Shown: piece after piece, positions 34,794 through 47,012 of the stretch
How the letters are laid out: the number at the start of each line of letters is the position of its first letter
How positions within the stretch are numbered: position 1 is the stretch's first letter
DNA from: an uncultured Phycisphaerales bacterium
GTDB taxonomy: Bacteria > Planctomycetota > Phycisphaerae > Tepidisphaerales > Tepidisphaeraceae
Length of the DNA: 64,000 nucleotides
Direction: 5' to 3'
Assembly: GCA_963844715.1 (NCBI GenBank)
Contig: CAWJPJ010000006.1
Coordinates: 1-64,000 of the forward strand
The notes under the pieces: model-generated
The model's database searches: none
What the model was told of the DNA's origin: nothing
The model's input: only the letters and a program-made list of their open reading frames with translations
Translations under genes and position numbers: made by a program

Positions 34794-36301
34794 CTACAAT
34801 GCGTATACCTATGACCTCGTCGGCAATCGAAAGTCGGACGTCCTAAGCGGAAGCGAGGACGGTACGGCCGGCACGACCACTTACTCATACAACAGCGATA
34901 ACGAACTGACCAGCCAAACCGTCGGTTCCACCACAACGACGTTCACGTTCGACAACAACGGCAGTCAATTGACCAGCACGACGGGAAGCAACGTCACAAC
35001 GAACACGTACAACGTTCGTAATGAACTAAACAGCGTTGCCACCGGCGGCTCGACCACCACCTATGTCTACAACGACGCAGGGAATCTTGTGCAGGAAACG
35101 ACGAGCGGGACGACGACTTACTATCTGGTCGATGACAACAATCCGACGGGGTATGCCAAGCCGATCGAGGTGCGGGTCGGGTCAGCGAGCGGCACGCCAA
35201 CCACGACGTACATCCTTGGTGACCGCGTCATCGGTCAGGCGAATAGCTCCGGCGCCGTGAGCTACTTGCTGACTGACGGCGAAGATAACACCCGCGCTCT
35301 CGTCAGCTCGTCGGGCACCATCACGGCTGCATACAACTACGATCCGTTCGGTGATCCGATTGGCTTTAGCCTCTCCACGGCCTCGACGCGGTTGCTGTTC
35401 CAGCAAACGATGTTCGATGCGCCGTCAGGGTTGAACATCTTCGGCGACGGTCAGCGCGAAGCAGAAGTCGGAGAGGACAACTTCATCGAGGCCGATTCCC
35501 CCGGATACAGCGACAACGTCGATCCATTAACGCTCAACGGATATCTATTGGACGGGGCCAATCCGATCAGCAACGTCGACCCCAGTGGGCACGATCTGAC
35601 CGACATTCTTGTGTCGTTAGGACTAAGCGAAACGATCGCATCGGCGACATCGGGATTCGCAATCAGAGCCGCTATTGGGGGAGCCACAAACGTCGCAATT
35701 CAATGGACATTGACGGCGACATTGACGCCCAACCAATATACCGTCCAGCAGGGCATCTATGATTTTTTAACAGGTGGACTAACGGCTGGCGCATCGAATG
35801 CTCTCATGGCACCACTCAAGTCCATCCTCGGTGGCCTCGGCTTGTCGGAAGCATTTCAGATCCTAGGCAGCGTGTCGGGAGGCTGGATTACTGCAGCAAT
35901 TGGTGACACTATTTCGTATGTTGGACGATCCGAACTATTTAGTCACGAGACACCCTCCGATAAAGAGATTGCCGAAGCCTTTGCATTCTCCCTTGTCGGC
36001 AACGCGATCGGAGGAACGGCAAGCAGCGCTATTCAGTCGCAATTTGCCGACAGCGCGAGAGGCAGCCCCAGAGCATGCTTTAACAGCGTACAATCAGTTT
36101 GAGGCCCGCATAAGCGGGAGCGGAAATGATTTTCTGGAGCTTGTATCTCAAGCTCTCGATCAGGGTTATCCTTATGCTCGGTCGCTGGGACTATATATTA
36201 TTGACAACGTGCAGCCAATTGCGAAGGCCATAGGTTATGGAGTCGAGGGTGCCGTCGATGCCGCGGCAGACTTGCTCAAGGAGGCAATCAACCAGCAATA
36301 G
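34793..36301 (+). CDS. Orphan Rhs cassette 4, hydrophobic helical tip (frameshift ~36070)
   Basis: Begins YNAYTYDLVGNR; DPSGHD; Gly/Ala-rich C-terminus. Confidence 0.75.
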
Positions 36302-36346
36302 CTGAACCCGGCCTGCCTATTTGATTTAAATCGAGCAGAGCTTCCC

Positions 36347-37030
36347 ATGCCGCAAGTATTCAAGATAAACAACTTTTCGACTGCGGATAGTTTAATCGTT
36401 GCCTCAACTGTCGTCGTAATGGCGCTCGGCTTCTTTTTCTCCGCTCGTACGCTGGTTAGGGCAATCGTTGATTTAATAAAGGAAAGAGCCCCAAAGGGGG
36501 CTTGGGAGTGGGCAGGAACTTTCCTCATACTTTGGTTCGTCTTAGTAGCAGTTGCGGCGAGGGCCGCGATTGCCGTCGCCGCGCGCGGTGGTGCGGGTGC
36601 CAGTTCGGGGATGGTCGGGGTCGGTGTGCCCTCTGCAAGTTCCGCGGCCGTGCGCACTTCCGCAGGGAAAAACCGGGCCGGCGGCTGGCTCGCCGTCTCG
36701 ATCATTATGGTTTTTCTGCTGCCCGCCTTATTTGTTCGGACCATCTTGTTTGAGCAGCCGCAACGTATGGCCGTCTCAAATTCCGGAATCGAATTACTTT
36801 ATCGGCTTCCCTGGCGCAACCTTTCGATCAATTGGTCTAACATTAGTGATATCCAACTCGATCGCAAAGAATATTACGTGCAAGGCATCACGAAAGCTCA
36901 CAATTACACGATCGTTATCGATCACGATGGAGCCGAGACTAGGATTGTGACCGATCCGTGGTATGAGGACCAAGTGAATGCCGCGTATCAAGCTGCGAAG
37001 GCGAAGTTAAAAGATTATAAAGGAGAATGA
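36347..37030 (+). CDS. Putative membrane immunity protein of cassette 4
   Basis: Three hydrophobic segments; lies after the toxin. Confidence 0.6.
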   Translation: MPQVFKINNFSTADSLIVASTVVVMALGFFFSARTLVRAIVDLIKERAPKGAWEWAGTFLILWFVLVAVAARAAIAVAARGGAGASSGMVGVGVPSASSAAVRTSAGKNRAGGWLAVSIIMVFLLPALFVRTILFEQPQRMAVSNSGIELLYRLPWRNLSINWSNISDIQLDRKEYYVQGITKAHNYTIVIDHDGAETRIVTDPWYEDQVNAAYQAAKAKLKDYKGE

Positions 37031-37039
37031 AAAAGTCAT

Positions 37040-40000
37040 GTGGCTAGTTGCCGACGCGCCTTTAACCCCGACGGCACCGTACAGAGCGCGACGGATGCGG
37101 ATGGCCTGACCACCGCTTACACCTATTATCCCAACGGCCAGCAGGAAACCGTGACGCAAGAATCTGTGTCGGTTTACAATGCAACCACGAGTACGACCAG
37201 CGACTTCAACAATTACGGCGTTCCCGCCGGGCTCTTGATCAGCGAGTCCAGCCTCGGGCCCACCGGCCAGATGGTGCAGCAGTCGTACAACTCCTACTAT
37301 GGCAATGATGTCGCCGCCTCCAGCCCCAGCTACGTGGCGGCCATTCCTTCCGGCAGCTTCGACGTGGCCGGCGAACTGGCCGGCACCACGGACGTCAGCG
37401 GCGTCACCCACTCTTACAATTATGACGCCGATGGGAATCAGATCAGCGACAGCTATGTCTGGCACGATCCTTCCGCTCCCAACGACCCCTCGCAGGACGA
37501 AATCGTCACCACCACAACCGTCTACGACGCCGCCGGGCGGGTCATTTCCACGACCACCGGTACGGTCACCACTTTGAACAACGCGACCCTTGTGTCGGGC
37601 GTCACCACCAGCACCGATTACAACGCCGCGGGCCAGGTGGAATCGACCACCGATGAATACGGCCAGGTCACCCAATACGTCTACGACGCCGACGGCAACC
37701 TCATCCAAACCCTCTATCCCGACAACACCAGCACGGAAACCATCTACGATTCGGAAGGCAGAGCGATCCTGACCACCGATCGGCATGTCGTGGGCGACTC
37801 CGGGAATGCCACACTCACTGTTTATAACAGCCTGGGCCAGGTTGCCGAGACCCAGCGCGTCGCCGACGTCGCCGCAACCGTCGGCGCGGTATCCGGAATG
37901 ACTGGTGTGGACCAGGTCACGGCGGTCAGCGGCGCCGGCCTCACTTCCACGGAAACCGGCGGGATTTACGTCTGGGCCGTGAACCCGACTTTCACCGGCT
38001 GGTTCTCGCAGACCAGCACCACCTATAACCCCGACGGCACGGTCGCCAGCACCACGGATGCGGACGGCCTGACCACGGACTACACCTATTATCCCAACGG
38101 CCAGCAGGAAAGCGTCACGCAGGTGAGCGTTCCGGTGTATGGCGCGACTGGCGGCGTCGAAAACCTCACCACGACCTACCAGTACAACTCCATGGGCCAG
38201 CAGAGCGACGTGACCGATCCCCTCGGCAACACGACCTCGTATGAATATGATCCCCTCGGCCGGCTGATCTCCACCGGCTACGCCCCGGCGGTCAGCGTGG
38301 GGTCCACCTCCCTCGTCTCGACCACGACCAGCGAAACCTACGATCCGGCGGGGAATAAGATCACCGAGACGGATCAGCTTGGCCGGGTCACGCAGTATAA
38401 GTATGACGATGCCGGCGATCTGATTGAAGTGGATCAGCCGGAGGTTTTGAACCCGGCCACCAATACGATGACCCCGCCGACGACGAGTTACGTCTACGAT
38501 CAGTACGGCGACGAGTTGATGCAGATCGACGCCAACGAACAGGCGGCGTATCAGGCCTGGATCAGCGCCGGCAACACGCCGGAAAGCTTCGCCGGCCCGG
38601 CCACGCGGTATACCTACAATGCCCTCGGCCAGGAAACCTCGGAAACGCTCCCCGACGGCGAGCAGGAAACGACCCAGTACGATCAATTCGGGCGTGTTTC
38701 CTACTCCGTCGACTTCGACGGGAACGTGACGGCTTACACCTACGACGACTCCGCCACCGGCGACGGCCGCGTGACGGGAGAATATTTCTTCCTCCCCGGT
38801 GTCGTGTTCGAAAGCAACAGCGGCGCCGTCATCACGACGAACGCGTCGGAGAGCACAACTTACACTTACACCTTGCTCGGGCAGCAGGAGAGCGTGACCG
38901 ACTCGAGTCCCACCGGCGCCTATACCGCCGATGGCGCGACGACTTACACATACGACGCCAGTGGTAACGTGATTGAGGAAAACACGCCGGAAGGGATTAT
39001 CAATTATTATTACAATGCCCTGAACCAGCAGACGGACATGTGGACGGGGAACGTCACGTATGCCAATCGCGACACCGCCGAGACGTGGACGCAATATGGC
39101 TACGATTCCCTCGGCCGCCTGACCACAGTGACCCAAAGCCGCCTCAATGACCAAACCGTGAATCTGGTGACCACCTACGCCTACGACGCCAACGGCAACA
39201 AAGCCTACGAAATGGACCCTAATGGGGACATCACCACGTATGTATATGATGCACAGAATCGCCTCACCGGCGAGTTGGTCAAGAATGGCAGCACGACGCT
39301 TTATAGCGTGACATACACGCTGAATAAGGACGGCACCCGCGCCAGCGCAACGGAGATGAACGGGTCGACTTCGATCAGCACCAGTTGGACCTACGACAAC
39401 CTCGACCGCCTGCTCGCCGAAACGATCGTCAGCGGCGGCACTTCAACCGATACCTATACCTACGATCTGGTCGGCAACATCGTCACCAAGAACCACGTCG
39501 TCGACGGCTCCGGGGCCGAAACAACGACGTATCACTACAACGGTGACAATGAACTTTACCAGCAGGTGGACAGCGTCACCGGTACGACCAACTTCACCTA
39601 CGACGCGAACGGAGACCAGACCGGCAGCACAGCGAGCACCACGATCACGACCTACACGTATGACCTCGAGAACAAGATGATCTCCGAAGCCGTCAACGGC
39701 GCGACGCAGGCGAGCTACATTTATGACGAGGCAGGCAACAGGGTTCAGGAGACCGTCGGCAGCACGACCAGTTACTACCTGACCGACGACGATAATCCGA
39801 CGGGTTATGCCGAGCCGTTGGAGGTCAGAACCTACACCGGCTCAACCCCATCCCTTGGTGCCGCGTCGCTGTCGATGACGTATCTGATTGGGGACAACGT
39901 TTTCGGGCAGGTGAACTCTTCCGGGACGGCCAGTTACTTCGTCATCGACGGCCACGGCAGCACCCGCGCTCTGGTCAGTTCTACAGGCTCGGTAACCGCC

Positions 40001-40956
40001 ACATTCAACTACTTTGCCTATGGCAACCCTTTGGGCTCCTGGAGCCTGAACACCGCCGGCACGATCTTTCTCTATGGCGGCGACGCCGTGTACGACCCCG
40101 CCAGCGGGCTGTACATGAACGGCGACGGCACGCGGGATCGGTCTGGGTTTGAGTTTATTCAGAGGGATACGAGCCTTGGGGAAAACGCGGATCCGCTTAG
40201 CCTCCACACGTATTTGTACGCGGATGCGGACTCGATCAACGGGTTTGATCCAAGCGGGCACGATGATCTCGATGATATCGAGAATTTTATTGGCAACTTT
40301 GCCATCGCGGCTTTCCAGTCTTCGACACCGTACATGCTATTGCATTACACCTATGAGAGTAATTTCATGCCGAATTGGAATAATGCCGTCGGCGATGTCA
40401 TGCATGGATTTGCTAGCATTGGGTTATCATTTCCCAGCGGGTCCGCGTCGGCGATCGCCGCTCAGATCTATCAAGGGTTGCAGAACTTTAACTATTTGCG
40501 CCAAATATCGCTTCGGTCAGTGTTTCGGGGGGTAAGCTTGCTTCCTTTACTATGAATGGACTACTGATGCAATACGGGATGTCGCGATTTAATGCTGCTA
40601 ATCCCACCGTGCAGCTGGTGCAGGGACCCGGCCAATACGAGCTCACAGGCGTGACTCTTGGGAGTCATATGCTCGTAGGCGTCCGTCGGTGGAGAGTGCT
40701 GATAATTCGGCAGTCGCCGCCGGTGCTTTCCGTCGAAACGGAGGCATATGAGCAGAACAGTAGCTATGCAAATGCGGCCGGCCGTTGGGCTCTCGGGCAA
40801 TCGGCACAATACGCGGTCTGGGACAACTATTTGAACAATATCGGGGCGGCTTGGGTTACAAAGGGTGCCACATTAACGCCTGCAAGGCATATCCCTGAAG
40901 TAGACGTCGGCGCTGTAAATCCGTGGAGGGCGCAGTTGCCGCTTACGCTACAGTAG
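37040..40956 (+). CDS. Long orphan Rhs cassette 5 (frameshift ~40530)
   Basis: 37193-39308 duplicates main gene 5652-7766, followed by a different distal core, DPSGHD and an unassigned tip. Confidence 0.85.
37193..39308 (+). repeat. 2.1-kb direct repeat of 5652-7766
   Basis: Identical by eye except one extra G (CACCGGCGCC vs CACCGCGCC). Confidence 0.93.
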
Positions 40957-40968
40957 AACTGAGGAACG

Positions 40969-41580
40969 TTGCGAACCTTTTTGATCATAGTTGCGAGCGT
41001 ACTATTGTCATTGTTAATTACCTTCGCAATACTTATTGCGTTGCCTCGCGCCATCTTGAATCATGAGGAGGATATGCTCGACCGTATGGCGAAGTGGCGG
41101 GATCAGGCAGTCGCAAGCCCGCACAGTCAGGAAGCGCTGAATGAGTTGTTGGGCGAGTTGCATTCGAGTGATGATATTGAGAGGGGGAACGCGGCTGCAT
41201 ACCTCGGCCAGGTTGGCAGTCGCGCACCTGATATCGCCACCTCCCTGGTTATGCCTCTCGTTCAGACTTTACAAAACGACGATCCGGGGGTCTCAAAATC
41301 GGCCGCCGAGGCGCTCGGTGAAATCGGTCCGGCGGCAATTCAAGCCGTGCCCGCCCTAATCGCATCTGTCGTGAAATACCCTAGTTCGAGCCCGGGGTAT
41401 GAATCGGCCCAGGCTTTGGGCGAAATTGCTGATCCGGGCGATTTGAAAGTGCATCAAGTACTAAATAACGCGGCTAGTGGAGGAGACCGATTAATGCAGT
41501 CGGACGCCCAGCAGGCGATTGACGCGCTCAAATCGCGCCGGCAGTCGGCCGTGACCCGGACTTCGCCGAAACCGGTGTAG
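40969..41580 (+). CDS. HEAT-repeat protein with N-terminal TM; putative immunity of cassette 5
   Basis: AAEALGEIGPAAIQAVPAL and SAQALGEI repeats; hydrophobic N-terminus. Confidence 0.75.
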   Translation: MRTFLIIVASVLLSLLITFAILIALPRAILNHEEDMLDRMAKWRDQAVASPHSQEALNELLGELHSSDDIERGNAAAYLGQVGSRAPDIATSLVMPLVQTLQNDDPGVSKSAAEALGEIGPAAIQAVPALIASVVKYPSSSPGYESAQALGEIADPGDLKVHQVLNNAASGGDRLMQSDAQQAIDALKSRRQSAVTRTSPKPV

Positions 41581-41688
41581 TGGCCCAGCACTTTGTATGG
41601 CGGTTTTGTTCTCAGGGTGTTAGGTATTTTTGGATACGTTGTAGCGGCCCGGCAGCTTGTCGGGCGGTTTTGTTCTCAGGGTGTTAGG
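41576..41688 (+). repeat. 64-bp unit, tandem here (second copy truncated); third copy at 49396-49459
   Basis: TGTAGYGGCCC...GGCGGTTTTGTTCTCAGGGTGTTAGGTATTTTTGGATACGT. Confidence 0.85.
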
Positions 41689-41837
41689 GCCTGTCTGATG
41701 AATCCAAAATCCTGAAATAGCGACGGATCATGGCGAGCTTGGCCATGGCCTGAAAGTTCACCGCCAGTTTCTCGTAACGCGTGCCCAGGCGGCGATTCTC
41801 CTTCATCCAATTCACGCAACGCTCCACCACGTTCCGC
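41687..41837 (-). pseudogene. IS5-family transposase 3' remnant
   Basis: Minus strand RNVVERCVNWMKENRRLGTRYEKLAVNFQAMAKLA...SDRP*. Confidence 0.8.
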
Positions 41838-43526
41838 GTCAGTTACATCCTCAACGCCGACGGCACCAGAAAGTCCGACGCCGAGACCGAGTTACAGCCC
41901 GGCGGGACCACGGCGACCCTATCTACGGCATGGACGTATGACGCCCTGGACCGGCTGACGGGCGAGGCGATCACCAGCAGCTTGTCGGGTGGAAGCCAGA
42001 CCGAGACCTGGTCGTACGATATGGACGGCAACCGGGTGAAGCAGGTCAAGGTCGCCGGCGGCGTGACCGACACCACGACTTACACGTACAACGGCGACGA
42101 CCAGATGACCCAACAGGTGGACAGCGCCACCGGGACCACCACGTTCGGGTATGACGCCAATGGCAGTCAGACGACCACGACGGTCGGCGGCACGGTCACC
42201 CAGACCGATTCCTACGACGTGCGGAACCGGCTCCAAAAGGTCGTCAACAGTTCAGGCACGACGACCTACGTTTATGACGACGCCGGAGACCGGGTTCAGG
42301 AGACGACCGGCAGCACGACGACCTACTACCTGATCGACGACAACAACCCGACCGGTTACGCCAAGCCGATTGAAGTGCGCGTCGGGTCGGCGACAGGCAC
42401 GCCCACCACCACGTACATCCTGGGCCTGGACGTGATCGGGCAGGCGAACAGCAGCGGCGCGGTCTCGTACCTGGTCATCGACGGCCGGGACGATACGCGG
42501 GCGCTGGTCAATTCCAGCGGAGCGGTGACCGCGACGTTCAACTACGATGCCTTCGGCAACCCGATCGGGTTCACCGCCGCGACCGCGCCGACGGTCTTCC
42601 TGTTCCAGCAGATGATGTTTGACGCGCCGTCGGGGACGAACTTCACCGAGAGCCGCCAGGAACCGCTGGGCGCGCCCTACTGGCTCGAAGCGGATTCGCC
42701 GGGATACAGCAACAATGACGATCCCCTGACGCTTAACGGCTACCTGTTTGATGGCGTGAATCCCATCAGCAACATCGATCCGAGTGGGCATGACTTCTCA
42801 TTAGGGGATATCCTGGTAACGGCCGGTATCAGCGCCACACTTATGGGCTCGCTATCGGGCGGTTTGGCTGCTGTAAGCGGCAGGAATGTAATTTACAACG
42901 CGGTTGTAGGCGCTGGCGGCGGTTTGGCTCTAGCTTCTGCGTTCTTTGATGGGCAATTGCCGGAGGTTGGAGCGAACGCGCTCGTGGTATCAGCCATGAC
43001 CTCAATTTTGCTGGCGACCCTTGATGCCGTCACGAAAGGTCGGAGTTACGTACAAAATCACTTGACCACCTACGAGAGTGTAGCGGTGGAAACCTTCTCA
43101 TGGGCTTCTATCTCAGAAGCGTGGTTTCCAGCAAAGAGCTATACGTCGTTAGATGGTAATCAGGACGAAGGGGTCGGAAAGCTCCTTCAGGATATAACTC
43201 TTGCGTTCGGACAAGGTGTAGCGGAAGGTGTGGCGTTGCTTGGTGATGTGTCATTGCTCGCCAGCGGCGCAATAACTCAATCGACAGCCAAGATTGAGCT
43301 GACGGATGCGTTTAAAACGATCGCGGGAAATCTTCTGTCGTCGGGCGTTTCTTTGGCAGTCGATACACTGTTCATGTCATCATTTGGAGGTGAGGTTCCC
43401 TCCGATGTTAAATCCGACGTCATTACGGATTTGAAGGGCGGCTTATTTTCCAATACGCTGTCGGCGGGAATCAACGACATTTGCAGCGAACTTGCCGACC
43501 TGATTGTTGATAAAGTCGCAGGCTAA
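41836..43526 (+). CDS. Orphan Rhs cassette 6, hydrophobic helical tip
   Basis: Begins VSYILNADG; mosaic of the other cores; DPSGHDFSLGDIL. Confidence 0.82.
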
Positions 43527-43542
43527 CTGTGGTGGCAACCAT

Positions 43543-44091
43543 ATGCGGGCCGTCAATCGCGATACCTTGGAAGTAGGGGGAGTTTTTGTTTGGGTTGAGA
43601 CTTGGAAACTTCGACAAGCGATAGCTGGTCCCTTTTACGTTTCAAAAGTAGCTAAACGCGTCATCTGGTGGGCGTTGGGCTTCCCGCTAGCACTTATGGC
43701 AGCGCTTGGCTTAGGGACGATTTGCGGACGGCGCGGGCAGTTTAGCCCTTTATCCGACGTTTTCTATTTGCTCGGAATCTGGCTTGTCGTAGGCGGGATT
43801 ACCGGCCTCGCATTTGAGTTTGCCGCGCTTAGCATTCAGATATACAAAAATCAGGTCTATGTAATTCAGTCATATCGCGTATTTTGGCGTTTATTATTTA
43901 GCCATAAGACGCTAGTTCGGGTCACGCCTGTCGCCCCGCAGGTTACACGCATGGAGTTTTACTCACAGGGACGGGCGCGCCCGAAGATGGTTCGGGCCTG
44001 CCCTTTTGAAGCGGCCAAGGTCGTCGAATGGTTCCAAAACGCCGGAATCAATGTTGAACTGGAGAGCGGCCCCAACCCACTTCATCTTTAG
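43543..44091 (+). CDS. Putative membrane immunity protein of cassette 6
   Basis: Two hydrophobic segments; follows the toxin. Confidence 0.6.
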   Translation: MRAVNRDTLEVGGVFVWVETWKLRQAIAGPFYVSKVAKRVIWWALGFPLALMAALGLGTICGRRGQFSPLSDVFYLLGIWLVVGGITGLAFEFAALSIQIYKNQVYVIQSYRVFWRLLFSHKTLVRVTPVAPQVTRMEFYSQGRARPKMVRACPFEAAKVVEWFQNAGINVELESGPNPLHL

Positions 44092-44602
44092 CCGCTGTAG
44101 CCGCGGCCATATTCACGCGGCAGGCAACAGAGTTCAGGAGACCGTCGGCAGCACGACCAGCTACTACCTGACGGATGACAACAACCCGACGGGTTATGCC
44201 GAGCCGTTGGAAGTCAGGACCTACACCGGCTCAACGCCATCCCTTGGCGCCGCATCGTTGTCGATGACGTATCTAATCGGGGACAACGTCTTCGGGCAGG
44301 TCAACTCTTCCGGGACGGCCAGTTACTTCGTCATCGACGGCCATGGAAGCACCCGCGCCCTGGTAAGTTCAACTGGCTCGGTAACCGCCACATTCAACTA
44401 CTTCGCCTACGGTAACCCATTGGGTTCCTGGGGCCTGAACACCGCCGGCACGATCTTCCTCTTTGGCGGCGACGCCGTGTACGACTGTCAGCGGCGCGCA
44501 AAACCGGCCACTGAGGGCGCGCGCCAAAACCGGCCATTTTGAAGCACAGGAGATTCGATCATTACCGTTGGTTCCCGGTTCTAACCGGGAGACGACGGCA
44601 CG

Positions 44603-46134
44603 ATGGCGAATCAGCTCAAAATGGCGGAAGTTCAAGCAATTCTTTCACTTGCACGCAATGGTTGGTCCAACCGGCACATCGCCCGCCAGCTTGGCGTTCA
44701 CCGCGAGACGGTTGGACGCCATCTCCGGCTGGCGGCGCGGGAAGATTCAAAACCGGCCAGCGCCGCCCTCGGCTCGGAGGGCGCGCCCACCGGGTTGGTC
44801 AGCGCCGCCAGCGCCTGGCGTGAAGTGATCGTTCAGAAGCTGGGCATGGGGCTGACCGCCCAGCGGATTTACCAGGACCTCTGCTCCGATCACGGTTATG
44901 CCGGCAGCTATTACAGTGTTCGCCGGCTGGTTGGGAAGTTGACCTCGGCGGCGCCAACGCCATTCCGGCGGATGGAGTGCGAGCCGGGCGCCGAGGCCCA
45001 GGTCGATTTTGGACGGGGCGCGCCCATCGTCGGTTCCGACGGCAAGAGGAGAAGCACCTGGGTCTTCCGCATCGTGCTGAGCCACAGCCGCAAGGGGTAC
45101 GCCGAGGCGGTGCACCGTCAGACCACCGATGACTTTCTGCGTTGCCTGGAGAATGCGTTCGCGCACTTCGGCGGATTGCCGCGGACGCTGGTGATCGACA
45201 ATCTTCGGGCGGCGGTGAAGCGGGCGGACTGGTTCGACCCGGAGTTGTGTCCCAAGGTCCGCTCGTTTGCCGAGCATTACGGAATCGCCATTCTGCCGAC
45301 CAAGCCCTACACGCCCCGGCACAAGGGGAAGATCGAACGGGGCATCGGCTATGTGAAGGGCAACGCCCTCAAGGGACGGACCTTCAGTTCTCTGGCCGAT
45401 CAGAACCAGCATCTTCAGGCCTGGGAAGCGACCGTCGCCGATACGCGCATCCATGGAACGACGCGCCGGCAGGTGAAGGAAGTGTTCCAGCAGGCGGAGC
45501 AGCCGGCGCTCTTGCCGTTGCCGGCGGCGAGATTCGATCTGTTTGCCGAAGCGTTGCGCAGCGTCAGCCGGGACGGACACGTGCAGGTCAAAGGCGCGTA
45601 TTACTCGGTCCCACCGGAGTTTTTGGGCCGGCAGCTTTCGGCGCGCTGGGATGGGCGCTGATCCGCTTGCTGGATCAGAAGATGCGCCCCGTCGCGGTGC
45701 ACGTGCAGCGTCCGCCGGGGACCTTCTCCACGCTGGATGCCCATATCCTGCCGGAGAAGATCAGCGGGATCGAAAAAGGAACGGCCTGGCTCCTGCGCCG
45801 GGTCGAATCCATCGGACCGCACGCCACGCAGTGGGCGCGGTCCATGCTCCAGAATCGCGGCATCGAGGGCGTGCGCGTGCTCCTGGGCCTTATGTCCCTG
45901 ACGAACAAGCATTCCCGCCGCGTCATCGAGCAGGCCTGCCAAGTCGCCCAGGGGCATGGGGCGTATCACCTCCGTTCATTGCGCCAACTCCTCGAACAAC
46001 AGAATCCGCCCGCCCTTCAGCGGAACTTCGAGTTCGTCCAAGAACATCCGATCATCCGCGACCTGGGCGACTACGGCCGATTCGTGCGACAGGCCATTAC
46101 CCAACAACCACCTTCACAGGAGTCCATTCCATGA
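44603..46134 (+). CDS. istA: IS21 transposase (frameshift ~45655)
   Basis: PGAEAQVDFG, VIDNLRAAV, PRHKGKIER. Confidence 0.92.
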
Positions 46135-47012
46135 GACCTTCATTGTTACAGACGCTCAAACAGCTTCGGCTTTCGGGCCTGGCCCAGAGCCTTGAAGTCC
46201 GATTGAGCGAGGCGGCTGGCAATCGGCTCGATCACGCCGAGTTTTTGGAACTGATTCTCCAGGACGAACTGAACGTGCGGTCCAGCCGATTGGTGAGCCG
46301 CCGCGTCAAGGCCGCCCTGTTCGGCGAAGTCAAAAACCTCGACGAGTTCGACTTCTCCTTCAATCCCTCCATCAAACGCAAGCAGATCCACGACCTGGCC
46401 GGCTGTCAGTTCATCCGCGAAAAAGCCGACGTGCTTCTATTGGGCCCACCCGGCGTCGGCAAAACGTTCCTGGTCCAGGCCATCGGGCATCAGGCGATCA
46501 AAGCCGGACACCTGGTTCTGTACCGCTCCATCTTCGATCTGGCCCGCGACTTCCTCGGCGACGACGAACTCGGCCAGCAGGACAAAACGCTGAATCGTTA
46601 TCTCAAACCCGACCTGCTCATCATCGACGACATGGGAATGCGACAACTTCCGCGTCGCTCCGGCGAATGCCTGCTGGAGATCATCATGCGCCGCCATGAG
46701 AACCGCTCGACGATGATGACCAGCAACCGGCCGCTGGAAGACTGGGCCAAGCTGATCGGCGACGTCCCGGCGGCCACGGCGATCCTCGACCGCTTCCTTC
46801 AGCACGCCACCCTCCTCAACATCACCGGCAAAAGTTATCGTTTGCGCCATGGCGGCGCCGGGGAGGCCGTGGAGGCGAAGCCTTCCACAAAGGCAAATTC
46901 AAAAGGACGGCGGAGTACCGCCGACGATGGAGGGTGCTCCCCTCCGGAAGACACCGTGGCAGAAAGCACGGTCTCTTCTTGTGCTGGGGCGCCCGCCGAT
47001 CAGGCGTCCTGA
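46131..47012 (+). CDS. istB: IS21 helper ATPase
   Basis: GPPGVGKT, LLIIDDMG, TSNRP, AILDR. Confidence 0.93.
   Translation: MRPSLLQTLKQLRLSGLAQSLEVRLSEAAGNRLDHAEFLELILQDELNVRSSRLVSRRVKAALFGEVKNLDEFDFSFNPSIKRKQIHDLAGCQFIREKADVLLLGPPGVGKTFLVQAIGHQAIKAGHLVLYRSIFDLARDFLGDDELGQQDKTLNRYLKPDLLIIDDMGMRQLPRRSGECLLEIIMRRHENRSTMMTSNRPLEDWAKLIGDVPAATAILDRFLQHATLLNITGKSYRLRHGGAGEAVEAKPSTKANSKGRRSTADDGGCSPPEDTVAESTVSSCAGAPADQAS

Noticed and set aside
37045..37054. TAGTTGCCGA as an inverted right-end arm at the cassette 5 junction
   Set aside because: Needs a 3-bp gap to match TCGGACTCAACTA; too weak to support.
5610..39154. Long minus-strand ORFs (5610-7409, 7847-8731, 21630-22514, 27754-29163, 37007-39154)
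   Set aside because: They are antisense shadows of GC-rich Rhs and recombinase genes, with no recognisable motifs.
41576..41688. CRISPR array
   Set aside because: Only adjacent 64-bp units without spacers; no cas genes seen.
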